From: Lama glama
Lineage: Eukaryota
Direction: 5' to 3'
Length of the DNA stretch: 64,000 nt
Assembly: GCA_028534125.1 (NCBI GenBank)
Contig: CM052816.1
Location: forward strand, 89,654,001-89,718,000
A model generated the notes under the pieces. That model saw only the letters and a program-made list of their open reading frames with translations, was not told the DNA's origin and did no database searches. Each line of letters starts with the position of its first letter. Position 1 is the stretch's first letter. Below, piece after piece: positions 63,190 through 64,000 of the stretch. A program made the translations under genes and the position numbers.

Positions 63190-64000
63190 AAAGTATCTAT
63201 ATGTTATTTTAATTTTTCACTTTATTTAACTTTTTAAATTAAATTACTGTTTACTGATTCTAAATAAGAGAGATTTTACTGGGTAGGATCACAGTTCATC
63301 GTTTTTCCTGATTATTTACCATTAACAATTCTTTCTTTCGGGTCTTAAGACTCTGTTTATTTCTAGTGTCCCATTTAATCTGTGAAATTTCTGTGGGTAT
63401 GAGGCTCTGAAGTAGTACCAACTAACATCTTAAGCCTGCCAAAACTGACTTCCAGCTAGATAGCTAGACCCCAGAAAGATGGGCCGTGCTGCAGATACCT
63501 GGAATGAGGTAGGAAAACAAATATGTATAGTATAGCAGTTTTGCCCAAAGCCTAGGGTTTAAAAAGCAAAACACTTGTGTTTAAGAAAAATATGTTAAGA
63601 CATTATTGGAATTAGAGGGATGTTTTATTTCTGACATTAGTTATGTATATGTCAGGTTTAAAAAAAAAAATGAGGAGGAGAAAAAAAAAAAAGCTGGAGG
63701 ACAAAATAGCAATTGAGCCAGGAAGAGTCAGGTCCAATTACATTATGTAACCTAACATCTAACTTTGTATGTCAGCTCAGTGCTTGAGGGGACCAAGTTC
63801 ACTAAGATGTTCCCTCCTGCTCAGGCAAAAGGCATTGGCAAAAAGCAATTCCAGGGAAGTTATAAAGTATTTGAATAGCTGAAAATCATTTGTTGGCCAG
63901 AAAAATTATTTCCTATTGATTTCCAAAAAAACAGAATTTCTAAATTAAACTAGGCACCTCAGGCTTATTCATTATAGTTTTCTATAGTCTTCAAAGTTAA

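Larger units (their letters stand above)
57370..64000 (+). pseudogene. EBLG in three pieces (~57370-57650, ~58170-58404, ~63190-64000) split by an L1 and a provirus
   Basis: CNTEPLLGL (57463)~CNTDSTPGL; KISL~TISL; GCI..P..F~GCL..P..F; CC..LCQ~CC..ICR; SDC~ADC; LRHYWN*RDVL~LRSWLNHPDII; EG..PPAQAKG~EG..PEARPG. Confidence 0.6.

Noticed and set aside
1..64000. Intact host or viral protein-coding gene; true CRISPR array
   Set aside because: No ORF with coherent full-length homology or exon structure, and no regularly spaced direct repeats.

Overview
AT-rich mammalian genomic DNA, almost certainly camelid (three tRNA-Ala-derived Vic-1-type SINEs), with three 500-N scaffold gaps and no recognisable host exon. 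Much of the window is ordinary transposon debris: L1, L2, MIR, MaLR/ERVL LTRs, an ERV1-like provirus and an ERVL pol remnant. The main result is that almost all the sequence between these repeats translates, through stops and frameshifts, into motifs collinear with bornavirus nucleoprotein (N), glycoprotein (G) and matrix (M). I count about 31 decayed fragments (~13 N, ~11 G, ~7 M) across the 64 kb. They are strand-coherent (minus at ~9.5-19.1 kb, plus elsewhere), repeatedly ordered N-G-M, and I recognised no L or P. MIR and L2 elements interrupt several of them, implying great age. This looks like a large ancient array of endogenous bornavirus-like elements. Caveat: all viral calls come from by-eye comparison of translations with Borna disease virus 1 (BoDV-1) proteins recalled from memory. 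No search was run, identities are low, boundaries are approximate, and some weaker fragments may be overfitted.
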